A stretch of DNA of 64,000 nt, from NCBI GenBank assembly GCA_963774625.1, contig CAVZFQ010000014.1, positions 55,887 to 119,886 on the forward strand, in the 5' to 3' direction. Below are positions 1 through 8,403 of this stretch, one piece after another; position 1 is the stretch's first letter, and every line of letters begins with the position of its first letter. The DNA comes from an uncultured Actinomycetes bacterium (lineage in GTDB: Bacteria; Actinomycetota; Thermoleophilia; Gaiellales; Gaiellaceae). The position numbers and the translations under genes were made by a program. The notes under the pieces were generated by a model that had not been told where the DNA came from, did no database searches, and saw only the letters and a program-made list of their open reading frames with translations.

Positions 1-68
1 AGTCGTTGAACGTCAGCGTTGCCGCGGGCATCCTGCTCTACGAGGCCAGGAGGCAACGAGGTGCCTGA
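1..68 (+). CDS. C-terminal fragment of a SpoU/TrmH-family rRNA 2'-O-methyltransferase (RlmB/YacO-like); the 5' end lies outside the window
   Basis: The frame starting at nt 3 reads SLNVSVAAGILLYEARRQRGA* (stop 66-68), which resembles the conserved SpoU C-terminal motif. It sits directly upstream of yacP-like and sigH-like genes, as in Bacillus yacO-yacP-sigH. Confidence 0.6.
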   Translation, partial: SLNVSVAAGILLYEARRQRGA

Positions 69-498
69 CCCGACCCTCTACCTGTTCGACGGCTTCAATC
101 TCCTGCACGCCAGCGGCCTAGAGGATCCCCGCCAGCTGACGGACAAGCTGGCGAGCTTCGTGGCCGAACGCGGAGCTCGCGGGGTGCTGGTCTTCGACGG
201 GAGCGGGGAGGACCTGAGCTACGGGCCGCTGGAGGTTCGCTTCGCCGAGCATGCGGACACGCTGCTCGAACGCCTGGCTGCCGAGAACCGGAATCTGGAG
301 CGCGTCTGTCTCGTCTCTTCGGACTCGGCCGTACGAGGCACGTCCGGTCAGGAAGTGGCCAAGTTGAGCTCGGCGACCTTCGTCAAGGACTTCTCGCTCG
401 AGCAGCACGGTGGGGAATCTCCCATGCGTCTGGAGGACAAACTGGACGCAAAAACGCGTGAGCGGCTAGAAAAGCTGCGCCGTGGGCAAGGTCCATAA
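61..498 (+). CDS. NYN-domain ribonuclease-like protein (YacP/Rae1 family)
   Basis: ORF 19..498. The N-terminal LYLFDGFNLLHA...GVLVFDG pattern is typical of YacP NYN domains. The likely GTG start at 61 overlaps the upstream stop. Confidence 0.7.
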   Translation: MPDPTLYLFDGFNLLHASGLEDPRQLTDKLASFVAERGARGVLVFDGSGEDLSYGPLEVRFAEHADTLLERLAAENRNLERVCLVSSDSAVRGTSGQEVAKLSSATFVKDFSLEQHGGESPMRLEDKLDAKTRERLEKLRRGQGP

Positions 499-521
499 CG
501 GATGGGTCCAATGCAATTAGC

Positions 522-550
522 TTGTAATTACTTGCGGACCTTGCTACTTT
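522..550 (+). promoter_or_regulatory. Candidate sigma-A type promoter for sigH
   Basis: TTGTAA (522-527), a 17-nt spacer, then TACTTT (545-550), in a locally AT-richer intergenic stretch about 55 nt upstream of the sigH start. Confidence 0.3.
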
Positions 551-604
551 GGACACTGACTAAAGGGTGAGAGTGCAACAAGGCACCCCGCACAGCCCCC
601 AAAA

Positions 605-1273
605 ATGGCCGCCGCCCGTCCAGCCCCCGTCGCCCGCCCAGCCCACAGGGTTCAGCGGGAGCTCGAGGATCTGCAGCTCGTCGTCAAGGCACGAAACGGC
701 GACAGCCAGGCCCTCGACCAGCTGATTCGCCGCTACACCGGCTTCGTCCGTCTCAAAGCCAGCTCGTACTTCCTGGCCGGCGGCGACTCCGAGGATCTCA
801 TCCAGGAAGGGCTGATCGGGCTCTACAAAGCGGTCCGTGACTTCCGACACGACAAGGAGACGTCATTCCGCTCGTTCGCCGAGCTGTGCGTGACTCGGCA
901 GATCATCACGGCGATCAAGACGGCGACGCGCTTCAAGCACTCGCCGCTGAACACGTACGTCTCGTTCAGCCATACCCCGGCGGGCCAAGACCAGGACGGG
1001 GAGTGCAGCCTCGGCGACGCGCTGCCGGGGCCGAGCGTCAACGACCCGTCGGTGTGCGTGATCTCGACGGAGGAGCTTCAGAGCCTCGTCTTCGCGCTCG
1101 GATCAGGGCTGTCGAAGCTCGAAGCGGATGCGCTCAAGCTGTACCTCGAGGGTTCGTCCTACGAGGAGATGGCCGAAGACCTCGGTTGCGACACGAAGAC
1201 GATCGACAACGCCCTGCAGCGCGTCAAGCGAAAGATCCTCACGCACCAGAAGTCGCGCCAGGTTCTTTCTTAG
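605..1273 (+). CDS. sigH: RNA polymerase sigma factor, SigH (sigma-H/sigma-30) type
   Basis: The 222-aa ORF has a long collinear match, by memory, to B. subtilis SigH: SYFLAGGDSEDLIQEGLIGLYKAVRDFRHDKETSFRSFAELCVTRQIITAIKTATRFKHSPLN. Synteny with yacP supports the call. Confidence 0.85.
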   Translation: MAAARPAPVARPAHRVQRELEDLQLVVKARNGDSQALDQLIRRYTGFVRLKASSYFLAGGDSEDLIQEGLIGLYKAVRDFRHDKETSFRSFAELCVTRQIITAIKTATRFKHSPLNTYVSFSHTPAGQDQDGECSLGDALPGPSVNDPSVCVISTEELQSLVFALGSGLSKLEADALKLYLEGSSYEEMAEDLGCDTKTIDNALQRVKRKILTHQKSRQVLS

Positions 1274-1703
1274 TCCGTATCAACTTGATCGAGGCGACCT
1301 CGTAGTCCGTGGCATAACGAATTCGCTTTTGCTGGTTGTTTCGGGGCGGGTCGACTCGCAGCGCGATCGCAGCTTTCACAGGAGCTTCTTCTATCGGCAG
1401 AAGGTAGACCCCTCCTGTTCCGGGGCAGTAGACGCCGAAGTAGTCGATCTGGCCTTGGTAGTCCCGTCGAACGACCTGGGTATTCGCGTGGTGAGCGTAG
1501 GAGCTACAGGCTGGAAAGCGGACCGCCCCAGCCCGGAGGCGACCGGTTTTGCATTGGACTCGCGCCAGCCGGCGTCCGTCATCGATCACGAGGTCATAGC
1601 GAGTGTTTTCCCCAAACGGGATCAGTACCTCAAAGCCCGCGTCGTAGAGCGCCAGCATCACGGCCAGGGTTGTTCGGTCTCCAACTGCTTTCGGATGTTC
1701 CAC
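1239..1703 (-). CDS. PD-(D/E)XK endonuclease (PDDEXK_5 / group-I-intron-endonuclease-like family)
   Basis: The 154-aa ORF has a GTG start. The motif string GDRTTLAVMLALYDAGFEVLIPFGENTRYDLVIDDG..ARVQCKT fits the D...(D/E)xK core. Its 3' end overlaps the sigH 3' end by 35 nt. Confidence 0.7.
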   Translation of the reverse strand: MEHPKAVGDRTTLAVMLALYDAGFEVLIPFGENTRYDLVIDDGRRLARVQCKTGRLRAGAVRFPACSSYAHHANTQVVRRDYQGQIDYFGVYCPGTGGVYLLPIEEAPVKAAIALRVDPPRNNQQKRIRYATDYEVASIKLIRTKKEPGATSGA

Positions 1704-1780
1704 GAGTCCAAGCCTGCAGGAGGCATCGGCTGGGCCGTGTCCAAGACGGACAACAGGACTTCACCTACCATGACGTTCAG

Positions 1781-1852
1781 GCCGGAGTAGCTCAGTGGTA
1801 GAGCAACGCCCTTGTAAGGCGTGGGCCGTCGGTTCGAGTCCGACCTCCGGCT
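1781..1852 (+). tRNA. tRNA-Thr (anticodon UGU)
   Basis: A cloverleaf was folded by hand. It has acceptor GCCGGAG/CTCCGGC, D-arm GCTC-AGTGGTA-GAGC, anticodon stem ACGCC/GGCGT with loop CTTGTAA, and T-arm GTCGG-TTCGAGT-CCGAC. The discriminator is T and no CCA is encoded. Confidence 0.95.
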
Positions 1853-1853
1853 T

Positions 1854-2870
1854 CTAGGTCGAAAGCGCCTGCTCGAGGTCGGCCCAGAGCTCCTCGACGT
1901 CCTCGAGGCCGACGCTCAGGCGGAGCAGGTTCACCGGCACGCGATCGCCTTCCCAGCGATGGCGCGACTCCATGGTGGACTCCGCGCCACCTAGGCTGGT
2001 CGCGTTGACGATTAGTCGGGTCGAGGTCTCAACTTTGTTTGCGTCGCCGGTTACGTCGAAGCTCATGAGGCCGCCGAAGCCGGCGTAGCGCACCGTCTCG
2101 ACCCTGGGATCGCCCTTCAGCCGCGCGGCCAGCTCCTTTGCCGTTTCCGTCTGCCGGCGGACTCGCAGTTCTAGGGTTTTCAAGCCCCGCAGCAGCAGCC
2201 ATGCCGCGTCGGGGGCCGCGACGATTCCCGACCGGCTTCGGAACTCGCGGAGCCGGGCGACCTTCTCCTCGTCCCGCGAGATGACGGCGCCGAGCAGAAC
2301 GTCCGAGTGGCCGCTGAGGTACTTCGTCGCGCTGTGCAGCACGAGATCGGCGCCTTGCTCCAGCGGTCGCACGTGGACAGGGGTGGCTGCGGTCGCGTCG
2401 ACGAGCACCGGCGCCGGGTGTGCGGCGGCAGCCTCGAAGTCCGGCATCGTCAGGAACGGATTCGACGGCGCTTCGAGCCAGACGAGCTGTACGCCGTCTG
2501 GAGGCGCCTGGGTCTGATCGAACTCCACGTGCTTCAGGCCCCAGCGCTCGAGCTCCCGAAACAGGGTCGTGGTGCCGTAGTAACAGCCCTCGGCGACCGC
2601 GATCGTGTTGCCAGGAGCCAACAGTGCCAGCACGACCGCAGTCGAGGCCCCAGCCCCGGACGAGAAGAGAAGCGCCTCGCCCCCGTCGAGCTCCCCGAGC
2701 GCGCGCTCGGCGGCGACCCCGGTCGGGTGGGCATAGCGCTGGTAGTAGAACTCACCGGGCTCGCCGCCCTCGAACGGCCAGAGCGTGGAGCGGTCGAGCG
2801 GCGGCAGGCCCACGCCCACGACTGTACTAGTCTCCTTCGCCTTGGCTGCGACGGACGAATCGACCCGCAA
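1854..2870 (-). CDS. Cys/Met-metabolism PLP-dependent enzyme (cystathionine gamma-synthase/beta-lyase family)
   Basis: The 338-aa ORF carries the PLP-lysine motif [16 protein letters not shown]. The start is uncertain (a GTG at 2819 is also possible). The stop lies 1 nt from the tRNA 3' end. Confidence 0.85.
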   Translation of the reverse strand: MRVDSSVAAKAKETSTVVGVGLPPLDRSTLWPFEGGEPGEFYYQRYAHPTGVAAERALGELDGGEALLFSSGAGASTAVVLALLAPGNTIAVAEGCYYGTTTLFRELERWGLKHVEFDQTQAPPDGVQLVWLEAPSNPFLTMPDFEAAAAHPAPVLVDATAATPVHVRPLEQGADLVLHSATKYLSGHSDVLLGAVISRDEEKVARLREFRSRSGIVAAPDAAWLLLRGLKTLELRVRRQTETAKELAARLKGDPRVETVRYAGFGGLMSFDVTGDANKVETSTRLIVNATSLGGAESTMESRHRWEGDRVPVNLLRLSVGLEDVEELWADLEQALST

Positions 2871-4407
2871 GAAGCTCGAGGAGCTCCAGCGGCTCCGCGA
2901 CGAGACACTCCACGCCGGCAGCGAGAAGGCCGTCGAGCGCCAGCGCGCGCAAGGGAAGCTGCTAGCGCGCGAGCGTGTGGAGAAGCTGCTCGACCCGGGG
3001 TCGTTCGTCGAGCTCGACCGCTACGTGCGCCACCGAAATCCGTACTTCGGGATGATGGATCGGCGTCCCTACGGTGACGCGGTCGTCACCGGCTACGGCA
3101 CGATCTTCGGCCGCAAGGTCTTCGTCTTCTCGCAGGATTTCACGACCTTCGGCGGGAGCCTTTCCGAGGCCTTCGCAGAAAAGATCTGCAAGGTGATGGA
3201 CCTGGCGGCGAAGTTCGGTTGCCCGGTGATCGGGATCAACGACTCGGGCGGGGCGCGGATCCAGGAGGGCGTGGTCTCGCTGGCCGGGTACGCCGAGATC
3301 TTCTGGCGCAACGTGCAGTCGTCGGGCGTGATTCCTCAGATCAGCCTGGTGATGGGCCCGTGCGCCGGTGGCGCCGTGTACTCACCGGCCATGACCGACT
3401 TCGTGCTGATGGTCGAGGAGACGTCGTACATGTTCATCACCGGGCCCGACGTGGTGAAGACCGTGACGGGCGAGGAGGTCACCTTCGAGGAGCTCGGCGG
3501 CGCGGCGACCCATGCTTCGAAGTCGGGCGTCGCCCATTTCATGTCGCCCGACGAGGAGGCGTGCCTGGAAGACGCGCGTTACCTGCTCTCGTTCCTGCCG
3601 CAGAACAACCTCGATCCGCCGCCCTTTCACGAGCCCTCGGATCCGGCCGACCGCGAGGACGCCGAGCTGGACACCCTGATCCCGGACAATCCGAACAAGC
3701 CGTACGACATCAAGGACGTCGTGCGGCGCGTGGTCGACGAAGGCGAGTTCCTGGAAGTGCACGAGCGCTTTGCCGAGAACATCGTCTGCGGCTTCGCCCG
3801 CCTCGGCGGCCATCCGATCGGCGTCGTCGGCAACCAGCCGCACGCGCTCGCCGGCGTGCTCGACATCAACTCGTCGGTGAAGGCTGCGCGATTCGTTCGA
3901 ACGTGCGACGCGTTCAACATCCCGCTCGTCACGTTCGTCGACGTTCCAGGCTTCCTGCCCGGCACGGCCCAGGAGTGGGGCGGGATCATCCGCCATGGGG
4001 CCAAGCTGTTGTACTCGTACAGCGAGGCGACGGTGCCCAAGCTCGCGGTCATCACGCGCAAGGCTTACGGCGGGGCTTACGACGTCATGAGCTCGAAGCA
4101 CATCCGAGCCGACTTCAACTTCGCGTGGCCGACCGCCGAGGTGGCGGTGATGGGGCCGGAGGGTGCGGTGAACATCGTGTTCCGCAAGGAGCTCGAGGAG
4201 GCCTCGAATCCCGACGACCGCCGCGAGGAGCTCGTAGCGGACTACCGGGAGCAGTTCGCGAACCCGTATGTCGCGGCAGAGCGGGGTTACGTCGACGAGG
4301 TGATCGAGCCGCGCCGGACCCGGCCCGTGCTGATCGATGCGCTACAGACGGCGCTGACGAAGCGCGAGCCGCGCCCCCGCCGCAAGCACGGCAACATCCC
4401 TCTCTGA
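2785..4407 (+). CDS. pccB: Acyl-CoA carboxylase beta subunit (carboxyltransferase; propionyl-/methylmalonyl-CoA type)
   Basis: The 540-aa ORF has typical carboxyltransferase strings: [47 protein letters not shown], and [17 protein letters not shown]. The true start may be TTG 2842. Confidence 0.9.
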   Translation: MERSSGGRPTPTTVLVSFALAATDESTRKKLEELQRLRDETLHAGSEKAVERQRAQGKLLARERVEKLLDPGSFVELDRYVRHRNPYFGMMDRRPYGDAVVTGYGTIFGRKVFVFSQDFTTFGGSLSEAFAEKICKVMDLAAKFGCPVIGINDSGGARIQEGVVSLAGYAEIFWRNVQSSGVIPQISLVMGPCAGGAVYSPAMTDFVLMVEETSYMFITGPDVVKTVTGEEVTFEELGGAATHASKSGVAHFMSPDEEACLEDARYLLSFLPQNNLDPPPFHEPSDPADREDAELDTLIPDNPNKPYDIKDVVRRVVDEGEFLEVHERFAENIVCGFARLGGHPIGVVGNQPHALAGVLDINSSVKAARFVRTCDAFNIPLVTFVDVPGFLPGTAQEWGGIIRHGAKLLYSYSEATVPKLAVITRKAYGGAYDVMSSKHIRADFNFAWPTAEVAVMGPEGAVNIVFRKELEEASNPDDRREELVADYREQFANPYVAAERGYVDEVIEPRRTRPVLIDALQTALTKREPRPRRKHGNIPL

Positions 4408-4506
4408 TCGAGCTGCTCGCTTAACCGGTACCCCCAACCTCCTCCCCAACACGAGCGTAGCGGGGAAAAACGCAAGCGTGGGTGCCAAAACGCACTCGAA
4501 AGACGC

Positions 4507-4538
4507 GTGACGGCGGGCGCGTGTCGCCGCGCCGTCAC
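4507..4538. terminator. GC-rich hairpin between convergent genes (candidate bidirectional terminator)
   Basis: GTGACGGCGGGCG-CGTGT-CGCC(G)CGCCGTCAC forms about 13 bp with one bulge. No U-tract follows. Confidence 0.4.
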
Positions 4539-4556
4539 TGGAGGGGAGGGGGGAGA

Positions 4557-6344
4557 CTAGGAGGCCAGCGCTGCGGGCTCGGGGATCCCGGCCAGCTGAA
4601 GCTCTTGGGACATCGCGAGCACGACGTCGGGGTCGAACTGCGTCCCGGCGCAGCGCTCGAGCTCCTCGAGCGCCTCCTCCGGGCTCAGCGAGCCGCGATA
4701 GACGCGGTCCGAGGTCATTGCGTCGTAGGCGTCGACGACAAAGATGATTCGCGCTCCCAGCGGGATCTGAGGTCCGGGCAGCCGATCCGGATAGCCGTTC
4801 CCGTCCCAGCGCTCGTGGTGATGCAGGATCCAGTCGGCGACAGGCTCGATGCCGAGGCTGTCGAGCATGCGGAAACCGATCTGCGGATGCCGCTCCAGAA
4901 CGAGCCGCTCGGGATCGGTCAGCGGGCCGGGCTTCCGCAGGATCTCCTCCGGAATCGCGAGCTTGCCCAGGTCGTGCAGGCTGCCTGCCAGGCGCGTGAG
5001 CTCGATCAGTTCCTGATCGAGGCCCAGACGTGCTGCGACCTTCGCAGCCAGCTCGGCCACTCGCGCCGAATGGCTACCCGTGTACGTGTCGCGGAGGTCG
5101 ACGGCCTTCGCCAGGCTCTCAGCCGCGCGGAAGCGCGCTGCCCGGTCCGGCCCGTGCGCCAGGCGGCGGAGCTCGGCCAGCTCGACCACGTCGGGACGGT
5201 AGACGTGAGCCCGGTTCTTGCCGTGCTCTTTCGCCCAGTACAGAGCGCTGTCGGCCAGCCGGACGAGCTCGAGGCGGCTTGGCGCCTGTGTCGGGAACGT
5301 CGCGACGCCGGCGCTGACCGTGACCGAGCCGATGTGGTCGAGCGCGAGCGCGGAGACACGGTCGACGATGGCCGACGCGGCCGCGACCGCTTCAGCCTCA
5401 TCCGACTGTGGAAGCAAGACCGCAAACTCGTCGCCACCGAGACGGAAGGCCTCGCCGTTCTGGCGAAGATTGGCCGCGATCTGGGCGAGCACGGTGTCTC
5501 CGGCGGGGTGGCCGTAGAGATCGTTGACGCGCTTGAAGTCGTCGACGTCCACCAGGCACAGACTGAAGTCTTTTCCGCGCTGATCCGCTTCGGCGAGCTC
5601 TCGCTCGACGCGATCGTGGAAATGGCGGTGGTTACCGAGCCCCGTCAGGGGATCGGTGAGCGCGAGGCGCATGGCGCGCAGTGCGCGGTAGGTCGAGCGC
5701 TGATAGAGCGCGATCGCCAGCAGCGGCCCGAAAAGGGCAACGGACAGGAGCGGCGAGCGCTGCCAGAGGACGACCAGGACGAGAGCGGCCGACCCCATCA
5801 GGGCGAAGACCATGATCGTCCAGCGAACGCTGGCGCGGATCAACTCGACGAACGGCCGCCGCGAGGTAACCGCGACGACCAGTGAGATCAGGACCAGGTT
5901 GATCGCGTACTGCGCCGTGGCCGCGATGGCGACCTTGGCGATCAGCGCGTCAGTGCCAGACCCCTCGATGAGCCCGACGAGCAGCCCGGAGACGAGCGCC
6001 GCGACTGCGAACACCGAGCCGTTGTAGGCGATCCGGATCGGAGGCCGGTGCTCGAGCGTCTGGATGAAGACCGGAGCAGCGAAAGCGACGAGCACGCCGG
6101 CATCCCAGCCGAAGAGCACGATCGCGCTCGCCGCGAAGACGAACGAGAGCGAGACACCGCCTGCGTTCGGGCCCTCGATGGGAACCGGGAAGTGGCTCGC
6201 CAGCGTGGACGCCAGCAGCAGGGCCAGAACGCCGAGCAGCGTTGACGGCGGGTATCCCTGTGTTGCGAACGAAAAGGCCGCGGCTGCTACGGATCCAATT
6301 CCGAGCAGGCAGACCGGCACAACGATCGGCAACAGGCGTTTCAT
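4557..6344 (-). CDS. Polytopic membrane protein with GGDEF diguanylate cyclase and HD-GYP phosphodiesterase domains
   Basis: The 595-aa ORF has a hydrophobic N-terminal half of about 230 aa. It then carries RLGGDEFAVLL (GGDEF) and HDLGK...HHERWDGNGYP (HD-GYP). Confidence 0.9.
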   Translation of the reverse strand: MKRLLPIVVPVCLLGIGSVAAAAFSFATQGYPPSTLLGVLALLLASTLASHFPVPIEGPNAGGVSLSFVFAASAIVLFGWDAGVLVAFAAPVFIQTLEHRPPIRIAYNGSVFAVAALVSGLLVGLIEGSGTDALIAKVAIAATAQYAINLVLISLVVAVTSRRPFVELIRASVRWTIMVFALMGSAALVLVVLWQRSPLLSVALFGPLLAIALYQRSTYRALRAMRLALTDPLTGLGNHRHFHDRVERELAEADQRGKDFSLCLVDVDDFKRVNDLYGHPAGDTVLAQIAANLRQNGEAFRLGGDEFAVLLPQSDEAEAVAAASAIVDRVSALALDHIGSVTVSAGVATFPTQAPSRLELVRLADSALYWAKEHGKNRAHVYRPDVVELAELRRLAHGPDRAARFRAAESLAKAVDLRDTYTGSHSARVAELAAKVAARLGLDQELIELTRLAGSLHDLGKLAIPEEILRKPGPLTDPERLVLERHPQIGFRMLDSLGIEPVADWILHHHERWDGNGYPDRLPGPQIPLGARIIFVVDAYDAMTSDRVYRGSLSPEEALEELERCAGTQFDPDVVLAMSQELQLAGIPEPAALAS

Positions 6345-6376
6345 TTCCCCTCGCTCCCGTTCCGGGCCTTACCGGC

Positions 6377-6487
6377 CTACCACTCCCAGTTGTCGTAGAA
6401 CGGAATTCCGTAACCGCTTGCAAGCGCAACGGCAAGCAGGGCGGTCAGGGCGACGAGTGCGATGAGGCGCGGGCGCCATTCCAACAT
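6377..6487 (-). CDS. 36-aa signal-peptide-like micro-ORF upstream of the GGDEF/HD-GYP gene
   Basis: GGGAGGA lies 8 nt before the ATG. The ORF reads MLEWRPRLIALVALTALLAVALASGYGIPFYDNWEW*. It is on the same strand as the c-di-GMP gene and ends 32 nt before that gene's ATG. It is too short for the ORF track. Confidence 0.45.
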   Translation of the reverse strand: MLEWRPRLIALVALTALLAVALASGYGIPFYDNWEW

Positions 6488-6599
6488 GATTTAGATCCTC
6501 CCAATGCGGTGGACTGCGACTGGGGCGATTGTCACCGTTCGCCGAGGGCAAGCCATCACCCTTTCGGGTGAAACTTCATTTGCTCCGAAATGCGGGGCT

Positions 6600-7622
6600 T
6601 TACTGGGAAAGGCCGGCTTCGAGGATCGGCCGGCGGCCCCAGGCCAGGCGGCGTGCGTACCAGCCGTCCAGGGGCGCGAGCGCCACGCCGTAGCGCGACG
6701 AGTGGATCATCCACCCGTTGCCGATGTTGATCCCCATGTGATCGACAGCGGCGGGCTTCGCGCGCGGACCGCCGTTGGCGAAGAAGAGGAGGTCGGCCGG
6801 TGCCAGGTTCGCAAAACGGATTCTGCGCCGGGGCCCGACTTCGCCTGCCATCGCCGCAGCCGTGCGGCCGCCCAGCGTCAGCGCAAGCTGCGCACCGCCC
6901 GGAGCGGTCTGACCCTTGAAGACGCGCCAGGCGAATCCAGAGCAGTCGAACCCGCCGCTCGCCTGGAGGCCGAACGGAGACACGCGTGTGTCGCTCTCGC
7001 CGCCCCAGACATAGGGGAAGCCGATTCGTCCAAAGGCAGTTGTCAGGATCCTCCGCTGCCAGGGCGTGAGCTCGGGCAGCTCGAAAGCGGCTGCGCTGTC
7101 TTCGACCTGCCGCAGCTCCCAGCCTGAAAAGCGGAGAATCTGCGCGGCGGAGTACGCAGCCTCGGCGCGGGTTGCGGGATCGGAGGGAAGGCGTTCTAGG
7201 TGGTCGTGGGGCGCCTCGTGGTTCTTGCGCAGCCCGAGCAGCCGTGCCACGACCTCTGTGCCGAACCGGGCGGGAGGCCGCGTTCCGGCCAGTGCTGCAG
7301 CGCGATAGAAGCTAGACGCCTCGTCGCTGAGGCCCAGTGCTCGAACGAGCTGCGCATCGAGCTGCGCGATCGTCACCTGAGCCGCCCCTTGCTGCGCGCG
7401 CGTCTCGGGCTCTTCCTCGGTTAGGCCCGCGATGAGGTCGCTGAGGGCCGTCTGCGTCAACGGTGCGTTGGGCTTGAAGGTGGCGACGCTCTCCGCCATC
7501 AGGCCGCGGCTGACAACGAGCTTGATCTCGGGCTGCGCCCAGGAGCGGGCAGGCTTGGCCGCCTCCGCCGTGGCGGGCGCGAGCAGTGTGAGAACAGCCG
7601 TGAGCAGGACAAAACGCCGCAT
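6600..7622 (-). CDS. Secreted NlpC/P60 (C40) peptidoglycan endopeptidase
   Basis: The 340-aa ORF has the signal peptide MRRFVLLTAVLTLLAPATAEA. The catalytic-Cys motif GGFDCSGFAWRVF and a downstream H (DHMGINIGNGWMIHS) are present. Confidence 0.85.
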   Translation of the reverse strand: MRRFVLLTAVLTLLAPATAEAAKPARSWAQPEIKLVVSRGLMAESVATFKPNAPLTQTALSDLIAGLTEEEPETRAQQGAAQVTIAQLDAQLVRALGLSDEASSFYRAAALAGTRPPARFGTEVVARLLGLRKNHEAPHDHLERLPSDPATRAEAAYSAAQILRFSGWELRQVEDSAAAFELPELTPWQRRILTTAFGRIGFPYVWGGESDTRVSPFGLQASGGFDCSGFAWRVFKGQTAPGGAQLALTLGGRTAAAMAGEVGPRRRIRFANLAPADLLFFANGGPRAKPAAVDHMGINIGNGWMIHSSRYGVALAPLDGWYARRLAWGRRPILEAGLSQ

Positions 7623-7669
7623 CTAGCCCTGTCATCGTCTGATTCAGCAGGCTGCTTTAGGCTCACGAG

Positions 7670-7885
7670 GTGGAATTCGAAGCGACGCCCGAGCCTTCCG
7701 CGCAGGAGCTGCAGGCGCTACAGGCTGCTCTCAGCAGTCTCGACGGCGGTCAACGTGCGGCGGCGGCCCCTTACGAGAGCGTCTGGCGGCTCGCCGGATT
7801 GCTCGAGAACGTCGATTCCGCGGCTGCCTCGGCGCCCGCTGCCGACACCGGTTCGCGTAGCAGCGACGGCGCCAAGCGCGCGTAG
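7670..7885 (+). CDS. Small hypothetical protein, possibly acyl-CoA carboxylase epsilon-subunit-like
   Basis: The 71-aa ORF (GTG start) has high GC3. The pattern ..QELQALQAALSSL....APYESVWR loosely resembles ACC_epsilon proteins from memory. It overlaps the pgsA 3' end by 115 nt. Confidence 0.3.
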   Translation: MEFEATPEPSAQELQALQAALSSLDGGQRAAAAPYESVWRLAGLLENVDSAAASAPAADTGSRSSDGAKRA

Positions 7886-8403
7886 TCGAGCCCCGACACC
7901 CAGGTCAGCACGAGCGCGACGAGCAGCGCCCACCAGGCCACGGCATCGTCGACCAGACCGGCCGCTGCGAGCCCGCCCAACAGAGCTGCAAGAGCCTGCG
8001 CCCAGGTCTTGAGCTTCCCGAGGTCGCGCGCCTGCAACACCGTCCCACGCTCGAGGGCAGCGAGCCGGAGCCCCGAGACGAGCAGCTCCCGGGCGACGAT
8101 CGCCGCCACGATCCAGCCGTCGAAGATGCCCTGGTCGACAAGGACGATCAGAACGGAGAGGACGAGCAGCTTGTCCGCCACCGGATCGAGCAGGGAGCCC
8201 AGGGCGGATGGGCGACCACTCCGCCGAGCGAGCTGCCCGTCGAACCAGTCGGTGGCCATGGCGACGGCAAACAGGGCTGTGGCCCAGTAGTCGTGGTTGG
8301 GGAAGTCCCACGCGAAGAGGAGGACGACAAAAGGGGCAGCGGCAGCTCGTGCCACCGTGAACCAGTCGGCAACGGCCATGGGCGGAGAGAATACGCGGGT
8401 CAT
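7771..8403 (-). CDS. pgsA: CDP-diacylglycerol-glycerol-3-phosphate 3-phosphatidyltransferase (CDP-alcohol phosphatidyltransferase family)
   Basis: The signature DWFDGQLARRSGRPSALGSLLDPVADK equals D-x2-DG-x2-AR-x8-G-x3-D-x3-D. ATG 8403 was chosen; ATG 8379 is also possible. Confidence 0.85.
   Translation of the reverse strand: MTRVFSPPMAVADWFTVARAAAAPFVVLLFAWDFPNHDYWATALFAVAMATDWFDGQLARRSGRPSALGSLLDPVADKLLVLSVLIVLVDQGIFDGWIVAAIVARELLVSGLRLAALERGTVLQARDLGKLKTWAQALAALLGGLAAAGLVDDAVAWWALLVALVLTWVSGLDYARLAPSLLREPVSAAGAEAAAESTFSSNPASRQTLS

Noticed and set aside
1239-1852. Integrated mobile element or prophage remnant at tRNA-Thr
   Set aside because: No integrase, excisionase or repeat of the tRNA 3' end is visible. 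Only a single nuclease gene is present, so no mobile_element feature is called.
4425-4556. C-rich (CCCCCAACCTCCTCCCC) and G-rich (GGAGGGGAGGGGGGAG) tracts flanking the 4507-4538 hairpin as a possible long-range structure or G-quadruplex
   Set aside because: The complementarity is only partial and interrupted. The G-runs are too irregular to argue for a defined structure without computation.
6556-6573. Small hairpin TCACCC-TTTC-GGGTGA downstream of the NlpC/P60 gene
   Set aside because: It has only 6 bp and no U-tract, so it is too weak to call as a terminator without transcript data.
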